Under the pieces are notes generated by a model. It was not told where the DNA came from. It ran no database searches and worked only from the letters and a program-made list of their open reading frames with translations. DNA of 61,658 nucleotides, filler included, from Chiloscyllium plagiosum (taxonomy: Eukaryota), in assembly GCF_004010195.1 (NCBI RefSeq). It is 2 parts of one record of this genome, joined end to end, with 100 filler letters (N's around TTAATTAATTAA, not from the genome) between each part and the next. Parts side by side here need not be neighbours in the genome. Positions count along the whole stretch, not along the records: positions 32,045 to 61,658 come from NC_057717.1; 1 more part is not named here. One strand, written 5' to 3'. Of the stretch, positions 38,220 to 50,291 are shown one piece after another; position 1 is the first letter of the stretch, and every line of letters begins with the position of its first letter. Both the position numbers and the translations under genes were made by a program.

Positions 38220-40232
38220 TTCTGAAATATGGACAGATGGTGAAGAATCTGTCTTGGTGGAATTGAGAAACAACAAAGTAAAAAATGCAGAAAACAGCGA
38301 CTGAGGATGAAAATGATCATGTCAGCATGGTAGCTAGTGACATGTGATGTTACACAAGGCTCAGTGTTGAGACCACGGCTCTTTACTTTGTAAATTAATG
38401 ATCTAGAGGAATGATCTAAGGGCATTCTGGTTAACTTTTCAGATGATACAAAGATACGTGGAGAGACAGGTAGCATTGCGGAAGTGGAGAGGCTGCAGAA
38501 GGGTTTAGACACGTTAAGAGAGTGGGCAAAGAAGTGGCAGATGGAATACATTGGGGGCTAGTGTGAGGTCATGCACTTTGGTAAGAAGAATACAGGCATG
38601 GACTATTTTCTAAATGTGGGAAAATTCCTCAGTCTGAAGTGCAAAGAGACTTCGGAGATCTAGACCAAGATTGTATCAAGGTAAACTTGCAGGTGAACCA
38701 ATATTTAGGAAAGATTTGTACCACGAGACAGTGTGTTTTAATATCTTATATTCACCAAAAGAACTGAGTCGACTTCTAAACAACAATAATTGTTTATTGA
38801 ACACAATTAATATTAGAATAATGCATTTTACTATAAAGTAACGAAACACACTACAAGCTATCTTATGCTTTAACATAACTCTGTATGATGGTATACCACC
38901 CCTATAGAACTTTGCCGGGCTCCACGTGCTGATTTCTCCTCCTTACGATGGACTTGGAGGTATGTTCTGTTTTGGTGGTTATTCTCGATTTACTGCACTA
39001 AGTGGGGTTTTGCAGTGATTCTCATTCTTCCGATTCTTCACCCCCTTTTGGGATGGTATGGAGAATCTGTCAACAGGATGACCATGTTGGATTACCCTGA
39101 TCAAACAGACCCAACCAGAGGGTGGAACATTGATGGCCCAAGGGCGACATTCCATTATCCCATTCAAGTTCAACTCCAGGTTTGTTTGGAAGGTTCTGTA
39201 GCTCTCAAGTTTGTTTGCAACCAGTTTGTGGAGAGCTGCAGCCTGTCTGGATTCTGCAGCATGTGGATTAGCACAGAGACTTTAGGCAAGGCTGGGATCC
39301 ATTTCCCAGCATGCTTTAATCATTGTTCATTTTTGTAACTCCATGGTAATTTTTTATTATTATTTCAGGTGGTCCGACTGGTCACAAAGGCAAATACAAT
39401 GATGACGCTTATTTTGAGAGGACTTGAATATAAAAGCATGGACGTACTTCTGAGACTCTATAAAGCTCGAATCAGAACGCATTTGGATTATTGTGTGATG
39501 TTTTAGGCCCCATATCACAGCAAGGATATACCACCACTGGAGCGCGTCCAGAGGCAGTTCACAATTTTAATGGAAAATTATCCATTTACTGTGAAATTTG
39601 AAAGAGAATGCTTTTCTTTAAATCAATGCTATACTGAGCTTTGTAAACGATGCTTTGATGAAGGTTTGCAGTTAGATGATCTCTGTTTGTATTCTGTAAA
39701 CATTCAACTTGACCTTGCAATAGTCGAACTCTATGAAAGCTGAAGAACTGTTATGACCAGGACCAGGGGATGAGAGGATAACAACTTGAGATTCTCCAGT
39801 CTTTGCCCTTGAGAATGCGATAAGGAACGCTATAAGGCAGGCATCTGTATAATATTTCAGTACTCCTTGCACTGAGGCATCTGACTCAGTGTAATGATTC
39901 AAAATCCTGCAGGATTTTTAATAAATACCCTTTCCTTGCTCTTGCTAATAATTACGTCAAGTCGATTTAATTTCCATGACACAGGAATGGCCTCAGAAAT
40001 GAAAAGCCTAACTTATGAAGTCTCTGGGATTAAACTCGCTGAGTTGCGAAGGATGAGGGGGTTCTAATTGAATCATACAAAGTACTATATGCCTGGTTAG
40101 AGTATATGTCAGAAAGATGCTTCCGTTATTAGGACAGAAAAGACCCAATGACATAGTCTTAAAGTTAAGGGAAGATATTTTATACCCGAGATAAGGAGAA
40201 ACATCTTCATCCAGAGAGTGATGAATCTATGG
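38220..40232 (+). mobile_element. Fragmented CR1, interrupted twice (~38700-39365 and ~39562-39978)
   Basis: FSDDTKIRG...WAKKWQMEY; LYKARIRTHLDYC; FFIQRVMNLW. Confidence 0.7.
38717..39350. mobile_element. Unclassified ~0.63 kb insertion (possible solo LTR) interrupting a CR1 fragment
   Basis: CR1 RT-tail sequence stops near 38700 and resumes near 39365. Insert has TGTACCA.../...TGGTAA imperfect inverted ends. Confidence 0.4.
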
Positions 40233-40361
40233 TAAGGATAGAAGTTTCCTTCCTTAAAGAACATTAATGAAGCACATGAGCTTTGTCTTACAATCGATTC
40301 ATGATCACTATCAGTCTATGATTTCAAGCTCCATCATCTACCATGGCAGAATTCAAATCCA

Positions 40362-40682
40362 GGGCGGCACGGTGGCACAGTGGCACAGTGGTTAGCACTG
40401 CTGCCTCGCAGCGCCAGAGACCCGGGTTCAGTTCCCGACTCAGGCGACTGACTGTGTGGAGTTTGCACGTTCTCCCCGTGTCTGCGTGGGTTTCCTCCGG
40501 GTGCTCCGGTTTCCTCCCACTGTCCAAAGATGTGCAGGTTAGGTGAATTGGCCATACTAAATTGCCCGTAGTGTTAGGTACGGGGTAAATGTAGGGGTAT
40601 GGGTGGGTTTCGCTTCGGCGGGTCGGTGTGGACTTGTTGGCCCGAAGGGCCTGTTTCCACACTGTAATCTAATCTAATCTAA
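40362..40682 (+). mobile_element. Young full-length HE1-type tRNA-derived V-SINE
   Basis: A box TGGCACAGTGG, B box GGTTCAGTTCCC, V-domain tgtgtggagtttgcacgttctccccgtgtctgcgtgggtttcctccgggtgctccggtttcctccca, CR1-like tail gaagggcctgtttccacactgt and (AATCT)n. Confidence 0.93.
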
Positions 40683-41149
40683 TTATCTGAGTCTCTCGCT
40701 TAACAGTTCAGCGATAACACCACCAAGCCTGTGCCTTACCTAGTCCTCTAGAGTGTGACTAACCTGTGTAATATGATTTGCCAGAGACTTTTCCCTCATG
40801 CACTTATTGATTTCCTTGACAAATCATGGATGACTTTTCTCCATTACACAATTCCTCTTCCTCTTACCAATATACTTTAAGTGAGAGGTTATTTAATATC
40901 TCCTTGCGTCTTTGCCTTTTTAAAAAATCTGTCCTGCCATTCATTTTTTTTTCCTGGCCAGTCCACCCAAGCCAACTCTTTGCTTCGCCCAATACAATTA
41001 TCATTGCTCAAAACTAAAACCGTTATATGTGACTCTGTTCTCATTCATTCAATCTGATGTTGAAATTACAGCGTGTTGAGTTCACTGCTTACAAGAAGAT
41101 CCTTAACTGCAAGATCTTTTATCAATCTTTCCTTGTCACATAAAATCAA

Positions 41150-42195
41150 ATCTGAAGTAATCCGTTCTCTGTTTGAATCCATGACATGTTGCTCTCAGAA
41201 ACGATCCTTCATACAGTCTATGAATTGTTCTTCGAGGTTACATTTGCCAAGTTGATTAATTGAGTCAATATGCACGTTCATCGCACTGTTGTGCCCTTGT
41301 CACCAGCTGTCATTATTTCCGACCTCAGAAATACTTAGGGGGGACACTAGCAGAACATTACTCTTCCCAAGAGGTTTCTTCTCTTGCTTTTTATTTACAT
41401 CCAGACTGATTTACGTGTCGTTCCCTCGTACCAATATAATTTCCTAATGTAGCCTTGATATCATCCTTAACCAATACATCAATTCCACCTCCTGCACCTT
41501 CTTGTCTAACCTTCCGGAATAGTGAGTGCCCTCGGACATGTCACTGCTCAGTCCTGATCTCCCTGTAACCATGTTTCTGTAATCAGCACCAGGTCATACC
41601 CATTTGTCTCTGTATCTATTGTCAGCTCATCGATATTTTTCCAAATATTGTGTTCTTTTAGATACAAAGGTTTTAAATAAGTTTTATTGGTTTGTCTTTC
41701 CCTTTTAATACTTTTTTGTACACTAGCTTCCTGATCTCACACACCTCACTACCTCACATCCCCCACACTGTCCAACCTTATTTGTTAATCCCTGATAATT
41801 TTACGCCTCAGCTCTATTCATTATTCCAATCTCCAACTCACATTTTGAATTGGCATGATCCATCCTACATCGTGGTCATGAGACTGGCCATGCCTGATGT
41901 CCTATTCACCTCTACCTTCTGCTCAGTTTCTGACCTGCTGCTTTGATTGCCAACCTCCTGGTTAAATCCACCCAATTTCCACTAGCAAACCTCCCTACAA
42001 GGATGTTAGTGCTCTTCCAGTTAAGACGCAACCTGTCTACTTTTGAAAGCTCTCACCTGTCCTGGAAAAGATCCTAATGATCCAAAAATTGAAACCCTCA
42101 CATCGTACGAGCTCTTTAACCACATGTAAAATTATACCACCTTCCTAATCATTACCTCTTTTCCACGTGGCACTGGGAATAATTCTGACATTACA
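41150..42195 (-). mobile_element. CR1 ORF1-esterase/APE junction fragment, decayed
   Basis: Reverse strand shows YDLVLITETWLQG and the DRLRLNW esterase end. Confidence 0.65.
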
Positions 42196-42213
42196 ACGGA
42201 TTGTTCTCTCTCG

Positions 42214-42265
42214 CACATACATACACACATATGCACACGCACATACACACACAAACACACACCAC
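42214..42265. repeat. Imperfect (CA)n microsatellite
   Basis: cacatacatacacacatatgcacacgcacatacacacacaaacacacaccac. Confidence 0.8.
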
Positions 42266-42434
42266 ATTACTTTGTAGAAGAAAACCAGTAACCTTATAAA
42301 TAATCAGAATGACAACTGGAATGAACGATTTAGTTACAGGTGGGATGAAAACAATTAGGGTTACTCTTCATTAAGCAGAACGGACAAAATTGTGAACTTA
42401 TTGCAGTGCTCAAAGTTATTGAAAAAAATACAAG

Positions 42435-44875
42435 TTGTGTTACCTCACAGGTGTCAGGGTCTGGGAGGTCTCCGAACGGCTTCAGAACGTTACCAAGGGG
42501 GAGGGTGAGCAGCCAGAAGTCATTGTGCACATTGGTATAATTGATACAGTTAGAAATAGTGATAAGGTCCTACACAGTGATTACAGAGAGCTAGGAGAAA
42601 AGTTCAAAACGAAGACATCGAAGTGGTCATCTCCTGATTACTTCCTGTTTCATGAGCTCATGAAAGTAAGAAAAGGAAGATATGGCAGATACATGCATGA
42701 CTAAAGAATTGGTGCAGGGAGTAGGAACTCAGATTTTTTAGATCATTGGGGTATTTTCTGTGACAGAGTTGATTTTTACAAGTGGGACAGGTGGCACATA
42801 CACTGGAGGGCGGACCAATAATTTGGTGACCAGGTTTGCTGATATTCCAAGGGAGGGTTTAAACGAGATTGGCAGGGTGTGGGATCCTCAAGAGCAGGGA
42901 AGCAAGTCTGAGGCTGGAAGGAGATACAGTAATCAGAAACAGTAAAGTGAAGAGACGGGTCAGGTTGGAATACGATAGGGAGCAAGGAATGGCTGCTGGA
43001 TTTATTTCAATGCAAGCGGGCCGACAGGTAAGGCTAATGAACTCAGGGCATGGAGTGGGATATTATAGCCATGACAGAAACATGACTAAGGGAGGGATAG
43101 GACTGGCAGCTTAATGTGCCAGGGTTTAGCTGCTTTATGCAGGACAGCGACGGTGAAAGGAGGGGAGGGGGAGTTGCATTTCTGATGAAGAGAAGTATCA
43201 CAGCAGTAATGAGAGATGAAATAACTGAAGGATCAAACAGCGAGGATTTATGGATGGAGCTAATAAGTAGGAAGGGGAATGGTGATGTTATAAGGGTTGT
43301 ACAATAGGCTCTCAAATAGTTAACAGGAATTAGAGTAACAAATATACTTGCAGAGAGGTGGGGCATGCAGGAGCAAAAGGATTGTCATAATTGGGGATTT
43401 TAATTTTTATAACATAAACTGGGGCTACCAGAGCGTTAACTAATTTGGTGCGGGTCGAATCATTAATTGTGCCAGGAAAATTTCCTCAAGCAGTATATAG
43501 AGGTGCCTAGTCGTGAAGGGGCAAAATTCGACCTACTCGTAGGAAAAATGATAGAACAGGTGATGGAGGTGACAGTGGGGGAGCACTTTGGAACCAGTGA
43601 CCGTAGTTCTATTAATTTTCACGTAGTTATGGAGAGCGACAAAACTGCTCCACAGTTTCAAGTTCTAAATTGGGGCAAGATGAATTTAGATGGAATTACA
43701 TAGGAGTTTGGAGGGGTTTGTCGGAATAGTTTGTTTGCCAGCAAATGGACCGCTGGCAGGTGGGAGGACTTTGAAAGTGAGATACTACAATTCAAGATCT
43801 ATTTGTTACTGTAGGGGTGAAAGGCAAGTTGGCAGGAATGGGGATCCCTGAATGACAAGAGATATTTAGGCTTTGATCGGCAGCTGGGATCAAGTGAATC
43901 CCTGGAGGTATATAAGGGATACAGAAATTTACTGAAGAAGGAAATCAGTAGGGCAAAAAGGGGACATGAAAGAACCTTGGCTGAGAAGATTAGAATGAAT
44001 CCAAAAAGTTACTTTAAGTATATTATAGGAAAGACAATAAATAGTAAGAAAATAGGACCCCTCAAAGACCAAAGTGGGCATGTATGTGTGGAGCCTTAAG
44101 AGATTGGCGATATCCTCAACGAATATTTCTCTTCTGTGTTTAACATGGAGAAAGAAATGAATACTTAGGAACTTGACGAAGTTCGTGGTGATTTCTTAGG
44201 GACAGTCCATATCACAGCAGAGGAGGTACTGGACGTACTAGAATGCTTGAGTTTGGATAAATCTCACGTTCCTTACCAGATATATCCAAGAACACAGTCA
44301 GGGTCTAGAGAAGAATTTATGGAGGACCTGGCTGATAAGTTTGATCATCATTAACCACAGTTGAGATCCAGGAAGACTGGATGTTAGCAAATATTGTGAC
44401 CTTATTTAAGAAGGACTGTGGGGGAAAAAAAACCTTCGAACTATGGACCTGTAAGTTTAACATCTGTGGTACTGTGATAGGTACGTTAATTGAGAAAATC
44501 CTGAAGGATAAGATGTACATTAATTTCAAAAGACAAGATTTGATTAGAAATATTGAGCATGGCTTTGTGCGTGGGAAATCATGCTTGACAAATTTCTTCA
44601 AATTGTTTGATGACATGACCAGGAAGGTTTACTAGATGGTAGACGTCAAAAGGTGTGGCGCTGGAAAAGCACAGCGGTTCAAGTAGGAACAAGAGAATCG
44701 ATATTTCAGGCATAAGCCCTTCATCATGAATATCCAAGACATCGATTATCCTGTTGCTCGGATGTTGCCTGACCTGCCATGTTTTTGCAGTGCCACACTT
44801 GTCGACTCTGATCTCCACAATTTGCACTGCTCACTTTCTTCTCAGGTAGTAGATTTAGTCTATATGGATTTCAGT
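42435..44875 (+). mobile_element. CR1-type LINE fragment (ORF1 esterase, APE, first half of RT)
   Basis: VSERLQNVTKGEGEQPEVIVHIG; RRGGGVAFLM; EHFGTSDRS; ANIVTLFKK; HGFVRGKSCLTN. Parallels 24590-26800. Confidence 0.88.
44645..44843. mobile_element. Older mini fold-back Penelope-tail insertion inside CR1
   Basis: Imperfect inverted arms (aggtgtggcgctggaaaagcac / gtttttgcagtgccacactt), decayed hammerhead core. Opposite orientation to 19311-19471. Confidence 0.78.
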
Positions 44876-45871
44876 TACACCAGGACAAAATAAGGCCTTT
44901 CACTCCCTGGAGCCTGACATACAGTTGTAGGAGGAGGCCAATCAGCCCCTCGAGCTTATAACACTGGACCCAGTGGAGATCATGCAGCATCGGTATCCTG
45001 TTATGCAGCAACAGGATCAGTTTATTCAGCTACTTCAGGTCATTAACACAGGAGATGGAACAGACCACAAACTGACTGGACTCTGGAGAATGCTAGAATA
45101 ACACGAGGCTATTTAGCTCCTCAAGTCTGCCCTTCCCTTCAGTAAGGTCAGGGATGATCTGCCGTCTGCGGAAATTTCTCTTTCATGCAAACTCTTTGTA
45201 GCACTCGACTCTCCCAAAATCCATTGACACGCTCCTCACCCCCCTCCCAAACATTTCAGTGATGCAGCTGTCTGGGATAGAGAGGCCCCAACAGTCATTA
45301 TCCTCTGAGAGAAGGAAACACTCCCGACACATATACCTTGGCCTATTGACATGAACAAAGATATTAACACAGCGTCAGAGTGACTGGACCTGACATTACT
45401 GAAAGATTTGACTGTGCAATGTGTCAAAGGGTTTGAACAAGATTCGTACTTAATGGGAATCTGTAGCAATCGCTTCACTGGTGGCTGTTGGGCATCAATC
45501 CTCTCAGTCCCTGGATATCTCTGTGGGCGATCAACAGGGTAGCTTCGTCGGCATGAAAATCTTTAGCTCTTTCATGGATGTCATGAATGTCTGACCTTCC
45601 GTCATTCGACCAGAAGTAAAGATGTTCAGTGAAGATCACAAAGCATCAAAACCTGGTAAATATTCAAGCTCGTGCTGTTAATGTGAAGGTAACATTCGTG
45701 AGATCGCATTGCTGGACACTGCACATTTCCACAGAATAGAAAGAGGAGGTCGTTCAGCTGGTTTCACTGGAATGTAAGAAAGCCATTCAGCCCATCGAAA
45801 CAGCCCATTCACTATTTGTGGCTTCTTACACAAGATGAGATTTTTTAAACATCTGCAAATGTTGGAATTCA

Positions 45872-47093
45872 AAGTAGACAGGCAGGAAACCAGAACAACA
45901 AAACAAGAAAGGCAGCTTCAGGAGGTGAGAAGTCACCGCCTTGGATAAAAGCCTTCTTCTGGACTGAGGGTAAGGGGTAAGACGGGTCTAGATTTAAAGA
46001 GGCGGTGTGGAGGAGGAGGAGGCAGGGTGGTGAGGTGGGGATAGGTGAACACAGGTAGAGGGTATGACTAGGTTGTTCGATAGGGGGAATGAATCTAGTT
46101 GGTAGTTGGCAGAAGGGCTGATCAGTGGAATGGAAGGGAGGAGGAGGGGCTGGGAATGTTTTTAGGGGATTGGAGTGGAGGGTATTTGAAATTGGAGAAC
46201 TCAATATTGAGTCCCCCGGGCTGTAGGCTGACCAGGCAGAGGATGAAGTGATGTTACTCCAATTTGCAGTTTGTTTCATTGTGTCAATGGAGGAAGTCAA
46301 GGATGGCCACGTTGGAAAGGGCGTGGGAGGGGGAATTGAAATAGGCAGTGACTGGTAGGTCAGCTCAGCCCTTACGGGCCCAGCTGAGATGCTTAGCAAA
46401 ACATCCCCTTAGTTAACATTTGGGATCGCCGATGTAGAGAAGACCACATCCCTTCCGGGTGAAACGGAGGTTCACCTGCCTTTCCTCCAACCTTGTTTAC
46501 TGCATCAGGTACTCCCAATGTGGTCTTCTCTACATAAGGGAGACCAAACGTAAACTAAAGGTACATTTATCTGAGCATCACAGCTGGGCACAAAGGGCCG
46601 ATCTGACATCCCAGTCACCATCCATTTCAATTCCCCTTTTCAATCCCTTTCCAACATCACTATCCTTGCCATCCTCTGCTGCCACCGTGAGTCAGACCGC
46701 AAATTGCAGGGACAACACCTTATCTTCTGCCTGGGCAGCCTGCTGCCTGGAGGACTCAACATTGAGTTCTGCAATTTTTAATCAATTTCTCAGCCATACC
46801 CCTGCTCCCTTTCCAGCCCCTCCCCCTCTTTTCTATTCCACCTAACGATCCTGCCTTCCAGCTACCAAACGGATTCATCCCTCCCATTGACCAAGCACGT
46901 TGCATTCACTACTTGTGTCCACCAATCCCTACCTCATCATCCCGCTGCTCTCCCCAGCCCAACCTCTCCCGTCCTTCTTTATCTGCAGCTCTCCCTACCC
47001 CCACCTACAGTCCTGAAAACCTGAAATGTTGATTTCTCTGCCTCCTGAAGCTGCCTGGTTTGCCGTGTTCTTCCAGCCTCCTGTTTGTCTATT
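45872..47093 (+). mobile_element. Penelope-like element of another family, inverted arrangement, GIY-YIG remnant
   Basis: 46451 onward encodes KRRFTCLSSNLVYCIRYSQCGLLYIRETKRKLKVHLSEH. 45872-46450 is a diverged reverse-orientation copy of the same 3' region. Confidence 0.82.
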
Positions 47094-48469
47094 ATTACAC
47101 AGGAAGATAAGGAGTCCAGTAAGCACAACACGCTGGTAAAGAGGAAACATGGGTTTCCCAATAATGACCCACTTCCCTGGGACCAGAAGGAGGACATTCA
47201 GCCCCTCGAAACACTGACACATGAACAGAAGAAGCCATTCAGCCCCTCCAAACTGTTATACTGCAATAGGAGGATGCCATTAATACTGCAACACGAAAAA
47301 CCAAAGAAGCAGAGACTGCACAAATAAACTACTCCATGTTGTCCATAATGGCTCCATTGCTAATGGTACATAAGTGTTACATTAAAGTGGTTTGCTGATG
47401 GTAAGGATAAGGGCCAAGTATAAGGAAATGGTTTTAGCATGGGATTCTATGAATCTATGCTAGTTTACATATCTATGTGGTAAGGAGGCATAGTGGATGG
47501 TTTGTACCAAATCTCAAGGAGGCATGTTCCATCTCCGAGAAGACAGGCTAGTTTTCTGCATAGAGATCAAAAACTTTTGGGAATGGCTAATTCTATCAGA
47601 GTGTGGCTAATGGCAGGTTTGAGAACAATGTGATGCTCAGTGCAAGGTCTCACCCCAACTGTACAGTGAGATGGTGAGATTCTATTCAGAAATTTAAGCT
47701 CTCTCGCAACCAATATGGGGGCTGCACACAGATATGTAAACTAGCATAGATTCATAGAATCGTTTAGCACGGAGACAGGCCTTTCAGCCTAACTGGTCTA
47801 TGCCAACCAATATGTCCATCCATGCTAAAACCATTTCCTCACACTTGGCTCTTAACCTTCTCAACGTTTCTTACCCAAGTATTTGCCCAAATATGAAAAC
47901 ATGCATTGTGGAAAACACGTTATATTTCAGGCCATCAATGTTTTGTTTTGGTCCGTAACGTTCAAGTTTTATCGCAGTCACTTTTTATTCTTTTGTAGCA
48001 TTACAGATTAAATACTTATTTTCTTCACACCCTCCTCATGGTACCATCACTGCAGGAATTAGGCTAGTCAAACTCCTTTACACTGTCTCATTGTGACAAG
48101 GAGATCATTCCTTATAAAGGGGAGAAAATCTGTTCACAGCGCCCCAAGTACTTTCTCAATATCACTCTACAACTGCAGGAAGGTATCAACGTTCATATAC
48201 TTTAATCAGTTTGCAATGAAGGACAGCACATATTTACTGTGCTGATTACTTACTGCTCCGTATGAATTCGGTTTGTGACTCATGACCAAGGACATCCAGG
48301 TCCTTTTTATCAAGAGGACTTCCCATCATCTCGCCTTCTAATAAATACAAAATGAGAGGATGGTATGTTTTGCCAAATCATTTCTTTGCTTTGCAAACTG
48401 CAATGCTTCAAGCACAGCCACTCCAACAGCAACACCACTATTACCATTGGAGATGACTGGAGGTGCGGA

Positions 48470-48820
48470 GGATGTGATGGCCTAGCTGTATTATTTCTGG
48501 AATATTAATCCAGGGACCCAGGTAATGACCGAGGGCGTAGATTTGAATTCCACCACAGCAAACGTTGGAATTTGAATTCCACAAAATATCAGGAATGCAA
48601 TGTTTTTAAGTCTCAGGTGCCGTTTGAAGTGGCCAAGCCAGCCGCTCAGTTGTCTCACTCACTATAACGTCTCAAAGAAATTAAACCGGACAGAACTAAT
48701 CACTAATACTTACAGCCTACTGACTGAAGTGGTCAGGACGGCAGCTCACCAATGCCTTCTCTAGTGCAATGAGGAAAGGAAAGTAAACCTTGTCCCAGCA
48801 TCCCAATAATGAAAGAAAGA
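48470..48820 (+). mobile_element. Old tRNA-head SINE (SacSINE1/DeuSINE-like)
   Basis: Head tggcctagctgtattatttctgg...gatttgaattccaccacagca; tail ggcagctcaccaatgccttctc...catcccaataatgaa. Confidence 0.55.
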
Positions 48821-50074
48821 AGATGATCATACTCAGGGAAGTGACAAAGGGACATTACTAACTTTAAACCGGGGCTTTGATGTACACCTTAGATGGCACG
48901 ATTTTCGTTAATATGGGGAGAGGAGAAAAATAAACAAGATTAATCTTGATTTTTATTTCCATCTCAGTTGATCATCAACGATCCCCTTGTTTGCCTTTTT
49001 AAAATCTCTCTCTTTCTCGATCTATTCAACTCAGTCCTTCTCTCCATCACAAAAGACATCCCTGTCACCAGCAGCAATTACACTATTCTCCAGTCATGTT
49101 CAGTTCAGATGTATGGTCAGTGGACTCGAAATGCCAATTCTGTTTTTCTCTCTATCCGAAGCAAACAAATCTGCTCAGTTTCTCTGGCACTTTCACGTTC
49201 TATTTCATTCTGATCTCTTGCATCATTATTTGTTGCATTTAACCTTTAATTCTGTTATTAAATGGGATGTCGGCATCGCTGACAGGGGCAGCATTTGTTA
49301 ACCACACTAAATACACTTTCCTGTGAAGTCGTTCTTTCATGCAGTATAGAGCCAAGCACATTGCTCTGAGTCTGACATCGGTCTTAAACCCGACTAGACA
49401 ATAATGTTAGATTTCTTTAACAAAAGAGAACAATGGAATAGATAAACTTGGCGACAAGGTGCTGGTGGTGTTATGTTTGATATTGGGGAAATTCACTTTT
49501 ATTTTTAATTCCTGTCATTTGAATTTCATTTCTGACATCTCCTCTGAGGTAGGATTTAAGCAGTGTCTTTAGCGTAGTAACTTGGTCCACAGAATTACGT
49601 GTCCAGCAACATTACTTCTCTGATGCAATGTCCCTGTCATTAATTTATTTTAGAGACAATAACAAGGTCGTGATGGAAACATTTGTATCAGAAAGAGTGA
49701 TTAGGAGAGAGCTGGAACCATGGAGTCTGAATTTTATCGAGGCACAGACAATGGTTTATTTAGCAACCACACTAATGTCAAGCTGGGGACTGGGGACATG
49801 ATGGAGCTGGTAGTGGGTAGGTTTGGTGATGGAGAGAATATCAAGACATAAATTTTTCAGGGTAAATTGGTACTTCGGGATTGTGATCAGTCTTGTTCAC
49901 AGATGTTTGTGAGGGCAGGGATGTAGCCACTCCTGAAATTTGCGGTAATGAATGGATTTGCATGTGAAACTGAAGACAATACTTTCCATTCTTGCCAAAT
50001 ATAGATAACAGAAATAAAATGAAGTTCACCATGGCTTATGGGATTAATATATAGATAGTGATGGAGAGACTTAC

Positions 50075-50291
50075 CAGGAACACCAACAATAGCGAGCATG
50101 GGATAGTAGCCCACCTGAATAATCAGCAGTACACCTAATAACCTATATGATAACATGTGCCCAAACCAGGTAAGATAGTAATGACTCCAGAATAAACTCC
50201 TGTCCATCATTACCGCATTCCAGTCTACTGTTCTCAGATTCTGATCCATTGGTGGAACATTCCAGTCTATTGTTCTCAGATTCTGATACAT
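50075..50291 (-). CDS. Second (orphan) GPR139-like first exon with long repeat-containing N-terminus
   Basis: 217 nt, MYQNLRTIDWNVPPMDQNLRTVDWN...QVGYYPMLAIVGVP+G|gtaagt. Same YY..LAI.GVP/G end, donor and phase as the exon at 15115. No matching exon 2 found between 32045 and 50074. Confidence 0.8.

Noticed and set aside
40362..40440. tRNA gene
   Set aside because: The A and B boxes belong to a SINE head continuing into a V-domain and LINE-like tail.
44880..47290. Recurring ggccattcagcccctcgag-like motifs (44.9, 45.1, 45.8, 47.2 kb)
   Set aside because: They look like antisense LINE/SINE tail remnants; no regular period or other structure.
32045..50074. Pseudogenised exon 2 for the orphan first exon
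   Set aside because: I found no RGKCGLS, DRFVAIC or DPEME-like sequence by eye; a tblastn would be needed to exclude a highly decayed copy.
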